Part shown: piece after piece, positions 47,101 to 59,232 of the stretch
Layout: each line of letters begins with the position of its first letter
How positions within the stretch are numbered: position 1 is the stretch's first letter
Source of the DNA: Carcharhinus amblyrhynchos
Lineage: Eukaryota
NCBI GenBank assembly: GCA_965287045.1
Contig: OZ336900.1
Span: forward strand, 12,896,001-12,960,000
Direction: 5' to 3'
DNA: 64,000 nt
Notes under the pieces: model-generated
Told to the model about the DNA's origin: nothing
Database searches by the model: none
What the model saw: only the letters and a program-made list of their open reading frames with translations
Position numbers and translations under genes: made by a program

Positions 47101-50039
47101 TTCTTACTATATACACCATTTGCTACGCTGAATTATCTAAACTGAATTGATATAAAACTGAAGTGGGACTATCAAACCCGTTAGCTAATTAACTACTGAG
47201 CTCCCACCACAGCTGACAGTGTGTTTACAGTGTCTAAACTGCTAAAGAAAGAACAAAGCCTGCTTATACAGTACTTTCCAGTTTCTACTAATTACAGACG
47301 AGATTAGATTTTAAGATCTAAATTTAAGAACAAGGTTAGCACTTGAAACTTCCCCACTTGCCAGACTCCAAGCTTACACTCAATTTTCTTACTGTTTTGC
47401 TGTTCTAAGTGAATTTGTAGAAAACTGAAGTGGGACTAAGTAAGCTGAAGTAAGGCCTATCTCAACAGAAGTGTCAGTACCCACTGAATCAAAACCTGTT
47501 TTTCACACATGACTTTTTGACTCACTCTAATTCTCCAATCTACTCGTCCTCTGCGTGTGGTTTAGATAATAGTGCAGAAAACCATTAAGGCTTTGCTTTT
47601 TAATTTAGACCCTAATTCCTCACATACTCTCAGCAGGATATCCTTCCTAGTTTGACCTGTGTTTCTACTTTGTACGTGGGCCACATGGCTGGTTCCTCCT
47701 CCTTCCATTCCAAGTTATTCTCCAGTCACGAGGCATGTCCTTAGCCGTGGCATTGGGCAGGCAACACAATCTTTGGAACTGAGAATTATGGCTGCAGAGA
47801 ACAGTATCTATTTATCAATTCTATTGAACAGTTCCTTATCACATTCCTTTTCACTGCCCCCAAATGAATTACCTTCTACACCATAGTATTGTAGTCAATC
47901 TATCCATTCACTTTGCATTTCCTATTCACATCCACAATGGTAGCATGCACCTTATACTTATTGGTCAAAGCATGACATTCTTTCACTACTACATCCTAGA
48001 TCCCCATGCATGCTTTATCCTCCTAACCCTGACAAATAATCAATTTAAACTTCGACTTAACTTAAAGGGTCTGACTGCCTCCTGGAAGTAATTATCCCTA
48101 ATGCCCCACAGTGTCTGCTGTTTGGCTCTAGCTCAACAACTTGGAGCTAAGTTTCCTTAACCTGTCAACAGTCAGCACAGATTATGGTTGTTGGGGATCT
48201 CCATGCTGTTTTCAAACTTCCACATGCTGCAGCTTGGCACACCACTCATGTCCAGCCAACTTTATTTTTTTGATCAGCTTTCTAAATTGAATAATTACTT
48301 TTATATTTAGTAATTAATTGGTTTACCTGTTTTAAATTGCTCATTTTCAAGTTTCAGTTTTTGACTTAGAAAAAGAACTGTAAAACTCATCATCCAATCA
48401 CCTCTCTGCCATCCTGTGACAATACTTTTCAATCCTTGGCCCTTCAGCTCCTGTTCTTTCCAATCAGCAGCTGCTCCTACTATCTTTTCTTATCAATTCC
48501 TGGGGTTCCCACGCTCTCCAATCAGAGTGCAAAGGAGACAGTGGCCATGAAAATAAGAGCGGGCACAGGGCAGACCATAGAAAGGTCCGTTGACTTCAGG
48601 CAGGATTTTACGGTTTAGGGTTGAGCGAGGCTATAAAATCCCGCCCAGTGAGTGGATTGGAAGACAGTGAACAGATTGTGAGATGGTGAGCATGAAAGAT
48701 ACCTTGAAAGATGGTAAGATGGTAAGAATTAAAGAGACAGTGGATGCAAAAGAAGTGTTGGGTGCGTGATGAATGGAGGGAGGATGCTGGGTAGATGGTA
48801 AGGGAGATGGTGAAAGGCCTGTAAGTGAGAGGGTGCGAGTACATGAGAGAATGAGTGTGTGAATAGTCTGAAATAGTTTTCCCACAAACATGCCTTAAAA
48901 TAACATTTCACATGGAATACAAGTGAAAATAGGTTGTGAATAATGTCATTGTTTTCCATAAGTATGTCTCAAGAATAGTATTTCTCACATTCACAACACT
49001 CACCATTATTATTACATGCAGAATCCTCTCTCTCACTCTCAGTCTGGAATCTGCTGACAGTTGTATGTTTTAGGTCTGAGTATTGTCATACGATTTTTAA
49101 ATCAGATGCAGGGATGGATCAATTATACAGAAGTTCCTACAAAAGATCTAACAAATCTCCCGAGCTAGCCCTGTTTAATAGTCACTGACAATAAGTTCTT
49201 TTGTAAGTGGATAATTGTACAAATATGAATGAATTAAATTTGAGTCAAGCCTACAATTCTCTCACACTAAAGAACTTGAGACACTCTCCCTCTAATAATA
49301 GAAGTTGTTTCCCTGCATGTTTTATCATATGACAGAACTTCCCAATTTGCATAGGGCACAAAACTCTCAAGTCAACAGTAATGAACACAGCTTATATAAT
49401 CAGCATAGTCATCTTATTTCAAGAATTTACTTGCAGAATAGCACAGCTATAACTTACTTAATCAGTAGATGAACTGTCATTGTAGATATAAATCATATAC
49501 ACCCAGGTAGAATCATTTTTGGATGGCATAAATTTCAGTTTTTAAAGTTGGAACAAAAGGAGAGCATTAACATTCCTGTTTTTGTAATGTGAGGCCAATC
49601 TCACCTCATTCTGTCTATCCTGAAATAATCTTTTTCAAGAAAGGTTCAAATCATCAGCTTATTTCAGCTCCAAATATTAATTGGTCAACTATTATACATA
49701 TTTAGAATCAGCAATCCATTTTATATGCTGGATATTATACAGTTGAAACACTATCATGCCTTAAAGTACTAATTGAGAATATCAATGTTTTACTGTTATT
49801 TGAAGATTTCCAAACTGCAGTGACACATACCAAGTGTGAAAAAGTGTGTAATTAACAGAATTTGCATCTTGTTACCTGAGCAGAGCAAACGTACGTTGAA
49901 CATTCAAACAGAACCAATTCAAGCTGAACACAAGCCATCGAAACCATAAATTAGGTCATTAACTGGGTTCAGTAATTAGCACCTTATATTTAGTCACAAG
50001 GATATGGGATTGAGCTAATACTTGACAGTATTGAAGGTT

Positions 50040-50330
50040 TCTGCATAGTCAGAAGTGCGGTTCTCAGGCTGGCGTGTTAAACTGAGGTCCCTGCCTTGTT
50101 TATCTGACTTTAGAGATTCCATCATTTTATTTCAAGGGCAAAGCATTTCCTGCTTTCCCATTCCATCAACCATTACTACCACAAAATTATTCATTATTGT
50201 AATTGCTATTTCTGGGTTTTTTTTGGCAAACCGATGGCATATTTACCTATCAAACTGTGGCTTAATTTTAAATAATTCATATGAAATGTTTTGAGTCAAT
50301 CCTAGCCTATTAAAAATGCCTAGAAATTGC
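50040..50330 (+). mobile_element. Degenerate Deu-domain SINE fragment
   Basis: GTGTTAAACTGAGGTCCCTG...AGATTCCATCATTTTATTTCAAGGG...CATTATTGTAATTGCTATTTCTGGG, similar to 14490-14690. Confidence 0.5.
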
Positions 50331-50429
50331 ATAAAGCACAAAATTCAGCAATCATGAAACTATATGACGAACAAAGAGGTCAATTGCCACACAAGAGCAG
50401 GACAATGGCCATGTCCATTAAGACAGGAT

Positions 50430-51118
50430 CTAACCTTTTCCCCTTGGCATTCAATGATGCTGCAATCACTAATCCCCTATCTTCAACAATGTGGGAGTTA
50501 AGCATTGACCAGAAACACTGACCAGCCATAAAGATATTGTGGCTGCAACAGCAAATCAGAAGCTGGGAATTTTGTGGTGAGTGACTGACCGAATTCCCCC
50601 ATACTGGTCCACCAAGTCACAAGTCAGTAGTATGATGGAATACTCTCCACTTGCCTGGATGAATGCAGTTCCAACAATACTCAATTTCAACATCATCCAG
50701 GACAAAGCAACCCACTTGACTGGCACCCCATTCACCATCTTGAACATCAATTCCCACTGCAGTGGCAGCAGCGTGTATCATCTAAGAGAGCAGCAACTCA
50801 CAAAGGCTCCTTCCACAAGAGCATCTTCAAAGTCTGTGATTTCTACCACTGAGAAAGACAAGGGCAGCAGATGCATCGAAACACCACCACCTGTGGGTTT
50901 CCCTCCAAGTCACATACCATTTAGACTTGAAACCGTATTGTTGTTCCTTCACTGTTACTGGGTCAAAGCCTCAAACCTCTCTTCCAATACTGTAGGTGTA
51001 CCTACACCACAGATGGATTGCAGCCTAAGAGGATGACTCACCACTATCTCTTTGAGGGCAATTAGGGAAGAGCAAAAAATTCTGGCTTTGCCAGCAGCAG
51101 TCACATGAAAGAATAAAA
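50430..51118 (+). mobile_element. CR1/L2-group LINE 3' fragment
   Basis: ORF 50581.. KSQVSSMMEYSPLAWMNAVPTILNFNIIQDKA..L; tail GGGCAATTAGGGAAGAGCAAAAAATTCTGGC. Confidence 0.75.
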
Positions 51119-51410
51119 AGGAAGACCTTCCTTCCTTAAAACTCACTTCTTAAGATCTTTCTATTTTTGTCCAATTACATCTCTGTGAAGTACCTTGAAA
51201 TGTTTTCCTACATTTGAAGGTGCTGCAAAAATACATCTTGTTGATTTTGCTGCATATATTTAAAATTTTGGCACTGTGAGATTATTAACTACTGTGAAAG
51301 ACTCCTCTCTTTAACCATAAAATGGGAAAGAATTTTATTTTGATGTTATGGAAAAAATAAACAACTTATTGATTTGTCCTTGTGACATCACCAGAGTGGA
51401 ATTATACAGT

Positions 51411-51485
51411 TGCCAGAAAATGCTGGAAATACTCAGCAAAGTCTGACAGCATCTGTAGAGAGAGAAGAAACTGAGTTAATGTTTA
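51411..51485 (-). mobile_element. Short Penelope-associated repeat fragment (second family)
   Basis: AGAAAATGCTGGAAATACTCAGCAAAGTCTGACAGCATCTGTAGAGAGAG, homologous to 55530-55590 and to the reverse complement of 60650-60705. Confidence 0.6.
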
Positions 51486-53084
51486 AGATCACGAGCTTCT
51501 GCACTTTGCTTTTGTATACAATTGCCAGTGCATTTTTAACAAGTTCAGACTTCTACTTTATCCAACAAATAACAGATAACTAGATCAAAGGATAGAAAGA
51601 GCCAATAGTACAGAGGACTGCCTTACATGTGGATGGCAGATTATGCTTTATCCAGAGCAAACTATCCTCAACAACTGCAATGGAAAGAGTGCAAAGTGAA
51701 ACATTTAAACACTTGCATATGATTGTTATCTCCACAGTTTCTGCTGCACACATTGCTCCTTTATTAGGTAATTGAAGAGATAATGCTCAGATGCCTAAGG
51801 CAACTGCACCAATTAAAAAGAGGACTTACTAATGAATGGATTTTTACAAGGGAGCAAAATCTCCCAATTGAGCAAGGTTAAGCGCTACTGAAAAACTTTC
51901 TCAAGAACCAGGAACCAAGTCAAAATAATTCCTGAGAGAGAGAGAAGAAATTAAGAACACAAAGATTGCATCATGGCAAGGAAGTCTATTCCAGTGTATT
52001 TATCAAGCAGCATTTATTGTGACAGCAATCACTATTCAAAAATAAGCAAGGACTTAGTAACTGACAAAGTGCCATTAAAATGTTTGCTTCTGCATTGTGT
52101 TGGTAGCTATAACATTGTAAAAAAAATTGGGATTAAACGTGTAGTAAATACATCTTGTTATTTTCTCTTTTATTCAACTCGTGCTGGTGTGGCAGCATGT
52201 GTTCCCATCATTTTTTTTTTGAACATCAAAAGCTCAAGACTGTGGGCCTCTAATGTATTGAAATCAGCGCTGACCTGCCATTTACACTACCAGAGCACCA
52301 GACGCTATAGCTGCTTGTCATCCTGCCTATTAACTTGATGTCTTTATTCACAGGCCATCTGCAACAGTGAGAGATATAACTAATGTCTTCCATACAACAC
52401 GGTGGCAAAAGACAGAGCACAGTGTACAGACGACCTTTGGGATTCTCAAAGATCCTAACTACCAGACATGAAAATCAATCCTGCCTACTGGCATTAATTA
52501 AAATAAACTAAAGGGCAGAATAAGATAAAATGTACATTCTGTCACAGGGAATATTTGTCACAAACCTTACAAGCTTTTTTTTTATATATTAAGAATTTTG
52601 GTACGTGCAAGATTTGCTATTTTTGTACTTCATTTTTGTTGTTGCAGCTCTTCAGTGAATGCATGAAATACTATATGCTGTTTCTGATGCACTGCAGCTT
52701 GTGATATATATTTTCATGAAATGTTCTTTACAACTCATTTTTTTAAGTTGCAGGATTATACTACATAGCTTCATTAACAAGATATTTCAAAGGCGTTTTA
52801 CAAAAATAACATTTACTGCATATAAAGAGATAATGTTTAATTTTTGGATAAGTTATAAAATCATATCTCAATTTACTAAGTTGAACAATATTCAACTCTT
52901 GGCACTTGAATAACACAATCTGTATCAATCGCTACCAATATAAACAAACACTTGAAAAACAGGAAATGTATTTATTAATGTTCATGTGATTTACCTTAAT
53001 CTCTATTGACAGTTAAACAAGTAAGACAACAGACAAGTAGTCAAATATGTTAAAATCCTAAAGTATTTCCTAAATCTGAATTCA

Positions 53085-53630
53085 TAGAACCATTGAATAA
53101 TTGTAGTACTGAAGAGGGCTATTCGACCCATTGTGTTTCTGTTCACTTTCTCTATAAAAGCTACTTGGCCAGTCCCACTCCCACATTCTTTTCCCTACAG
53201 CCTTCCAATTCTTTCCCCCTTCAGATAATTACTAAATTCACTTTTTAAAGATGTGATTTCATCTGGCGCACCACGCTCTCAGGCTTAATGCATTTCAAAG
53301 TCTAACCACTCGCTGTGCCTTTGCTTCTTTTGCCTTCACCTTAAATCAGTGTCCTCTGGCTCTCAATACTTTTGCTGCCAAATAAACTTGTTGGACTTTA
53401 ACCTGGTGTTGTGAGACTTCTCACTGTCCCAACACTTCGCCAATGGAAACAGTTTCTCCTGATCTACTCTGTCCTCATGATCTTGAACGCCTTCACAGAA
53501 TCTCCTCTTAACTTTTTCTCTCCTAAAGAACGACAGCACCACCTTCTACGATCTATCATCATAACTGAAGTCTCTCAAACCCAAAACCATTTTCATAAAT
53601 CAATTCTGCAACATCTCCAGTGCCATCATA
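53085..53630 (-). mobile_element. Degraded CR1 3' fragment containing a 50-bp Penelope-type pLTR piece (53378-53427, +)
   Basis: GAAGAGGGCTATTCGACCCATTGTG tail; insert CCAAATAAACTTGTTGGACTTTAACCTGGTGTTGTGAGACTTCTCACTGT matches 31331-31379. Confidence 0.65.
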
Positions 53631-53937
53631 TCCTTTGTGTGAACTGATAAGCTGTTTGCATGGCTGCTTAGGAGTGAGGTGCCTTTGCTCATTCAACATA
53701 GACCATCACACTTTCTGAAAGATCTGAATTGAATAACTATGGGTGGGGATCTTCCCCTGGAATGGACAAAACAAGACAAAGGTTATCTGTGTAATTCATA
53801 CCCACCATGTTTTGAAGTTTACCCAAAACACAATATTATGGTTTCCAAGATGTTTTGTCCTCAAGCTTGCAATTTAACAAACAAAAGTTGATGAGACCAG
53901 TTATCCAAAAGTTATGTGTGAAAGACCACCACCTATC

Positions 53938-54278
53938 TCATAGAATCCCTATAGTGCAGAAGGAGGCCATTTAGCCCAGAGTCTGCACCGACTCTCTGAC
54001 AAAGCATTTTACCCAGGCCCATACCCTTAAGCCCAGTATTCACCACCCAGTTTTTACTCCACTAATTCCCTGAACCAACACATCTTGGGACAATTTAGCA
54101 TGGCCAATCCACCTAACCTGCACATCTTTGGACCGTGGCAGGAAACCGGGGCATCCGGAGGAAACCCACGCAGACACAGACAATATACAAACTCTTCATA
54201 GACAGACACCCAAGGCTGGAATTGGCCTGAGTCTAGTGCTATGAGGCAGCAACGCTAACCACTGTGCCACCATGCTGT
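53938..54278 (-). mobile_element. HE1-like V-SINE, full length
   Basis: CATAGAATCCCTATAGTGCAGAAGGAGGCCATT ... GGAAACCCACGCAGACAC ... GCTAACCACTGTGCCACCATGCTG. Confidence 0.9.
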
Positions 54279-55489
54279 TCCATGTGCAAAATGCACATTG
54301 CTTGAAATTTAATTGAAATTCATTTCAAGATGAAATGGATTTCCAGCCACTTAAGATACAGTAGATTGTGCACTGCCTCTAGAACAAACAAACAAACAAA
54401 GTCTCTCTCATTTGAGTCGCATGACCCATTTAATGGAGAATATTTCAGATCAACTCATGTACAAGAACAGCCAAAAGCTAGCGAAAATGGCCAAGATGAC
54501 ATACTTGATGACAGACAAGATGACTATGTTCTGCCTGATTCACCAAGATCCTCATTATAATCTGCTCTCTATGTGGACAGCAAAGGCATGAATCTGGCAG
54601 GGTTAGTTTTTAATTTATGCAGATTGAAATCCAATGATATAATCAGGACCCAACTGCAATTTTAACTCTGGCCTAGGCGGGGATGGTGCTGTGGTTTTCC
54701 CGTCAGTTAAACACAGGGGAAGAGGATGTGTTGCATTTGTTGTGGTTTCTTTAAACATTCCTTGTGGAACCAGGAAAAGCAGAAATGCTCTTGTGTGTTT
54801 TTCAAAGAACATTAAGCTACCTTTTCCTCAGGTCTCCCCAATTTCTTAACGCAAATCCCTCCCAAAACTCCCTTACTGTGACTTACCTTGGCCTCCTGCC
54901 CAGAGAACGTCTGCTCTCATCCACCAGTCCACTGTTGCTTGCCACTGTTTCAGGCAGGCAGCTGACTGGCAACATGCAAATGAGATCCGGGAATTAAAAA
55001 TTGCCAGGCCTTCATGCTGCCAATATCTGCTGCAGCAATTGTTTAGCTCCTTTTTGAAGGACTGCAGGAAGTTCATACTATGCCAAATCTCAATGTTGAC
55101 ACTGAGATACAAAGGGATCTTTAATCCCAGTCATATTGATGCTTTGATTTAATTGTAAGTATTCTCATTGATGTCATAAGCAAGGGTTTCCATCGAAGAC
55201 AGGAATTCCATTGATCCAATACACTCAGAAACTAGTTGCCTGAAGTTATGTAATTAATTGCAGACTGATACTGAAATATACCTACAAACACATAAAAGGT
55301 GGGCAAGGAAAGATCATTTTTGGCTTTCCGTCCAGTCACCAAATGGCCTGAGGAAGGCACAAAAAGAAACAGTTCTGAGACAAACATGTGGAACATTTTG
55401 ACTCCCAATAAAGCAACAAAAACTCAGATGAAAACAGCACCTTTAACATCATGACATGTCCTGCTTCAAAGGAACAACAGTTTGCTAGG

Positions 55490-55669
55490 AATAAAAGCAA
55501 ATTACTGCGGATGTTGGAATCTGAAACCAAAAGAGAAAACGCTGGAAAATTTCAGCAGGTTTGGCAGCATCTGTAAGGAGAGAAAAGAGCTGACGTTTTG
55601 AGTCCAAATGACCTTTTATCAGCTTTGACAAAAATCTCAGGCCTGCTGAGATTTTCCAATGTTTTCTCT
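55490..55669. mobile_element. Partial fold-back Penelope-associated short element with ~14-bp TSD
   Basis: AGAGAAAACGCTGGAAAATTTCAGCAGG ... CCTGCTGAGATTTTCCAATGTTTTCTCT inverted pair; flanks AACAGTTTGCTAGG (55476-55489) and AACAGTTTACAAGG (55670-55683). Confidence 0.7.
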
Positions 55670-56149
55670 AACAGTTTACAAGGGCTCTGGGATCTAGGCT
55701 TGGTTTCTTGAGGATAATGGTGATGATGGCAGATTTAAAGGAGATAAATAACACCTGAACAGGGAGAACCTTTTACAATAACTGTTAGCAACTCTATCCC
55801 TGACCCCAATGTTAACTGTTATTAAATGTGTTCCTGGAGGTTTCATCATATGATTTGCCCTCTTACCCCAGCCATCCTCCATCCTTGTAACATACTGCCT
55901 TTGTATACCAACTGGAAATCAAGAAGATTCATTATCCAATTGGATGAGGGTTGACTGTCAACAAGACAGCCCCTCCCCCCCACCCTCCATTTTCAATATT
56001 TTTATATTAGGTAAAGAGAAATGCTCAAAGAAAATGACAAAATAAAATATCCTATTGATTTTTCTCCAGGATTGCATATAAGTGTCCCAAGCATTGATTT
56101 TTAATTCCTGGAGGACAATCCTGGAGGTTTGGCAACCCTAGGAAAGGGG

Positions 56150-57460
56150 GAGGCTCGAGTTGTATGATGAGCAGTTTCCTGGAAATGGGATCAAGGGACA
56201 GGCAGTTGGTTGCATGGTCAAGTTGAGCCCTGAGACAGTATCAAGGGACATGGGAGAGAAATGGATGGCACGGTAGCACAGTGGTCAGCACTGCTGCCTC
56301 AGAGTGCCAGGGACCTGGGTTCGATTCCTGGCTTGGGTCACTATCTGTGCGGAGTCTGCATGTTCTCCCTGTGTCTGCATGGATTTTCTCTGGGAACTCT
56401 GGTTTCCTCCCACAGTCCAAAAGACATGTTGGTCGGGTGCAATGGCCATGCTAAATTCTCCCTCAGTGTACCCGAGCAGGTGCTGAAGTGTGGCGACTAG
56501 GGGATCATCACAGTAACTTCATTGCAGTGTTAATGTAAACTTACTTGGGACACTAATAAATAAACTTTTTAAAACTTTTAAACTTTAAGTGAGAGGAAGA
56601 TGTGATTTCAGGACTCCGGCAGCAGAGAAGCATTACAAGTAACTTGGCTAGGTGGGCTAGTGGAAGAGAGGGATGCAGCACAGGTAGCTGATTGAATTGT
56701 CAAGATCTTAGTGATAAAGTGGTCCATGAGCTCCTCAACTTATTTTTGGAGTAGAGAGTGGAGGGGTGGGAGATGGGCATTTAAAATGACTGCTGTAGGG
56801 ATAAGAAGCTTGGGGGGGGGGGGTAGAAGTTGGTGGGAAAAGGTTATCATTGTGTTCGAGAATGATTCAAGAATACAGAGCTGTTTCAGCATATGACAGG
56901 AGAACCTGATAGTGTTTTAAGTGGTCCAGCCAGATCTGGCAGTGCATGGCTAAACCTGTTGTCTACTATGTCCTTTCAAGTCTGCATCGTCTAGACGCAA
57001 TTGAGCAAAGATGAGGGCTGCAGCAATGGAATGGCCAAGTTGAGAGTAGTGGTTTATCTGGGGACCAAAACATCAAAAGGTGGAGGTGAGAGTGCAGTTG
57101 ACTAAATGAGTTACTGCAAAAATATTGTGCTGAATGGAGGGCCAAAGGCTAGATAGCTGGGGTGCTGAAAGTTCAGTTGAATTGTTGATACTTTTTCTGG
57201 GGATGAAATAAAGTAGGTAGGACTGTGGTGTGGAAGGGGAATATTAGTGGTAAGCAATACAAGGAAGTGACCAGAGATAGCCTTATCTGTAATTGAGACA
57301 GTGGGACTAACAAGGCCACATGAGATGGTAAGTCAAGGAGGTGGCTGTGAATATGGGTTGGGGAGTTTAGATGAAGATTTAGGGTGAATAAGAGGGCTGT
57401 GAAAACAATCAAATAAGCTCCAGTATTCCAGCTGCAGAAACTTGTACATCTCACTTGCCC
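56150..57460 (-). mobile_element. Old L2-like LINE relic interrupted by a SINE
   Basis: Purine-rich plus strand with GGGATCAAGGGACAGGCAG (reverse: C.LDPI) and GATAAAGTGGTCCATGAGCTCCTCA (reverse: EELMDHF); endonuclease-like remnants near 57300-57400. Confidence 0.5.
56264..56587 (+). mobile_element. V-domain SINE, same family as 2150-2460
   Basis: GGCACGGTAGCACAGTGGTCAGC, GGTTCGATTCC B-box, tail CACAGTAACTTCATTGCAGTG...AATAAATAAACTTTTTAAAACTTTTAAACTTT. Confidence 0.9.
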
Positions 57461-57559
57461 TAGCCACCCTACTTAACTACCTATGAGATTTCTTCCTCTC
57501 TGAGGGAATTTGTCCTGCCCCTTTGTGAAGCGCTGCAATCAATCCTCACTTCATGTTCC

Positions 57560-58150
57560 ACTAATCTATTCCAGAGATGCAATGACTGTGCAAAAAAAAT
57601 CCAACTTATTAATAGATGTCCTAAATAGCATCCTTTTTTATAATAACTATTAGATCACCATGATCTATAACCTGAACAACATCTCAAAATACTCAATCGG
57701 GGTAAGGAAACATGACCTCCCATTCTTAAAGCTACATTACAATTTTATAATAACTGCTTTACATTACCAAGTAATCTTTTATCACAGTCCTTATAATTCC
57801 TCCTGGCATCTCTCCTACAATCAATGCTAAGTTAATAGTCAATAATTCCAGGCTCCAAAGTCTCCCACTTCTTAAGTATTCAGAACACAAACCTCCATCC
57901 ATTTACACTTGCCCAGACCTCAAAGAGCAACGAAGTACATCAGCCGATGACTCACATAATACCTTTTCCATTTCTTTCAGCACTCTGCCATCAAGGACAT
58001 AACTCAATCAACATCAATTGCCTTATTCCCAGATAAAATGATTTCTTCATTTACTTATATTACTCAATTTCACCAGCAGCCTTATCTGGTACCACTGACA
58101 TCTCAGTGACAACAGTGAAAACAGATGCAAAACATCAATCTAGCACTTCA
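57560..58150 (-). mobile_element. Very old CR1-like RT relic
   Basis: Reverse strand shows PDG.VLKE (TTCTTTCAGCACTCTGCCATCAAGG), PG.Y..I.L (GTTAATAGTCAATAATTCCAGG) and SCFL (TAAGGAAACATGACC) remnants. Confidence 0.5.
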
Positions 58151-58433
58151 GAAATATGCTGGCCCTTAAACTTAACCTATCCTGCTATATCTCTACGTTA
58201 TGGGATCAGATTCCACATTTAATTGGATTTATAGATGACGCATCATTGACCTTCTCTAGGAACTTCTACATCAAAAGATAACAGAAAGTAAGAGAAAAAA
58301 AAGAGTCAGAATTCCATTTAAATAAACTGCTTAATCATATTGCTCATAAACATTTTAAAACACTTTTCATGCTATGGATATTAATGCAGGATACCACAAG
58401 ATTATAGAAAGGGCAGCTGGAATCTTCTGGACT

Positions 58434-58547
58434 TTTCTCATTTGGACTGTTGGCCAGCAAATGGTCTTTATGTTGCAGGAGGGCAAAGTCCATGTTGCCC
58501 TCCTGCAACATAAAGACCATTTGCTGGCCAACAGTCCAAATGAGAAA
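58434..58547. repeat. Perfect inverted repeat, 53-bp arms, 8-nt loop
   Basis: TTTCTCATTTGGACTGTTGGCCAGCAAATGGTCTTTATGTTGCAGGAGGGCAA (58434-58486) - AGTCCATG - exact reverse complement (58495-58547). Confidence 0.95.
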
Positions 58548-59232
58548 TGTGTTGCCTAGCATGTGGATCTTTAACAATCTTGCCAGTCACATCCTGCCTC
58601 TAGATTGGAGTCAAATTTGGATAATATGAACATTCTGTCACAGAAAGGAATTCTAATTGAAAGGCTATGGCATGGGCCACAAGGGGTAAACAGAACTTGA
58701 TTTTGTTGAGGCTCCAGCAGCTACAGGAATAGAGAGGAGACAATGGGAAGGCTGCTTTTCAAATCTTTCATTCTTATGTGGAGGATTTGCCATGAGGTAA
58801 TCTAAGGACAGGAAGGAGATGACAACCTCTCCATCCAAGTGAGTGATCGTGGAAGCCAACAACAAGAAGGTAGTCCTTCCAACTGCAAGATAGGGCACAA
58901 GGAGAATCAAGGATCTCAGGAAGTTGGGGAAGGCTAGTGATATAACACATGAAGGTGCCCAGTCCCTCACACTGCCTTTTTCGTCATTTCCTAGCACAAG
59001 GCTCCTCAGGACAAGCCATCTTGCAGCTGATTCATTCTTCTCTCTGTAGGCACATCCCTATCTGAGCAGCAAACATGCGCACACATTCTTAGCCCTCATT
59101 CTGTTACTCTTACACACCAATGCCTCACAGTCACCCTTTACAAATGTTTTACTTTCCTCCTCTCTATTCAAGCCATTAAGAACATTCATACCTCTATTTC
59201 CTTGTATGAAACAGCACACAACATGTGGTGTC

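Noticed and set aside
54873-55112. Minus-strand exon ending at a strong AAG/GTAAGT donor near 54885
   Set aside because: The peptide is not recognisable, there is no convincing acceptor or partner exon, and the context could be a decayed repeat.
58344-58577. Overlapping opposite-strand ORFs sharing identical peptide segments
   Set aside because: An automatic consequence of the perfect palindrome; no coding signal.
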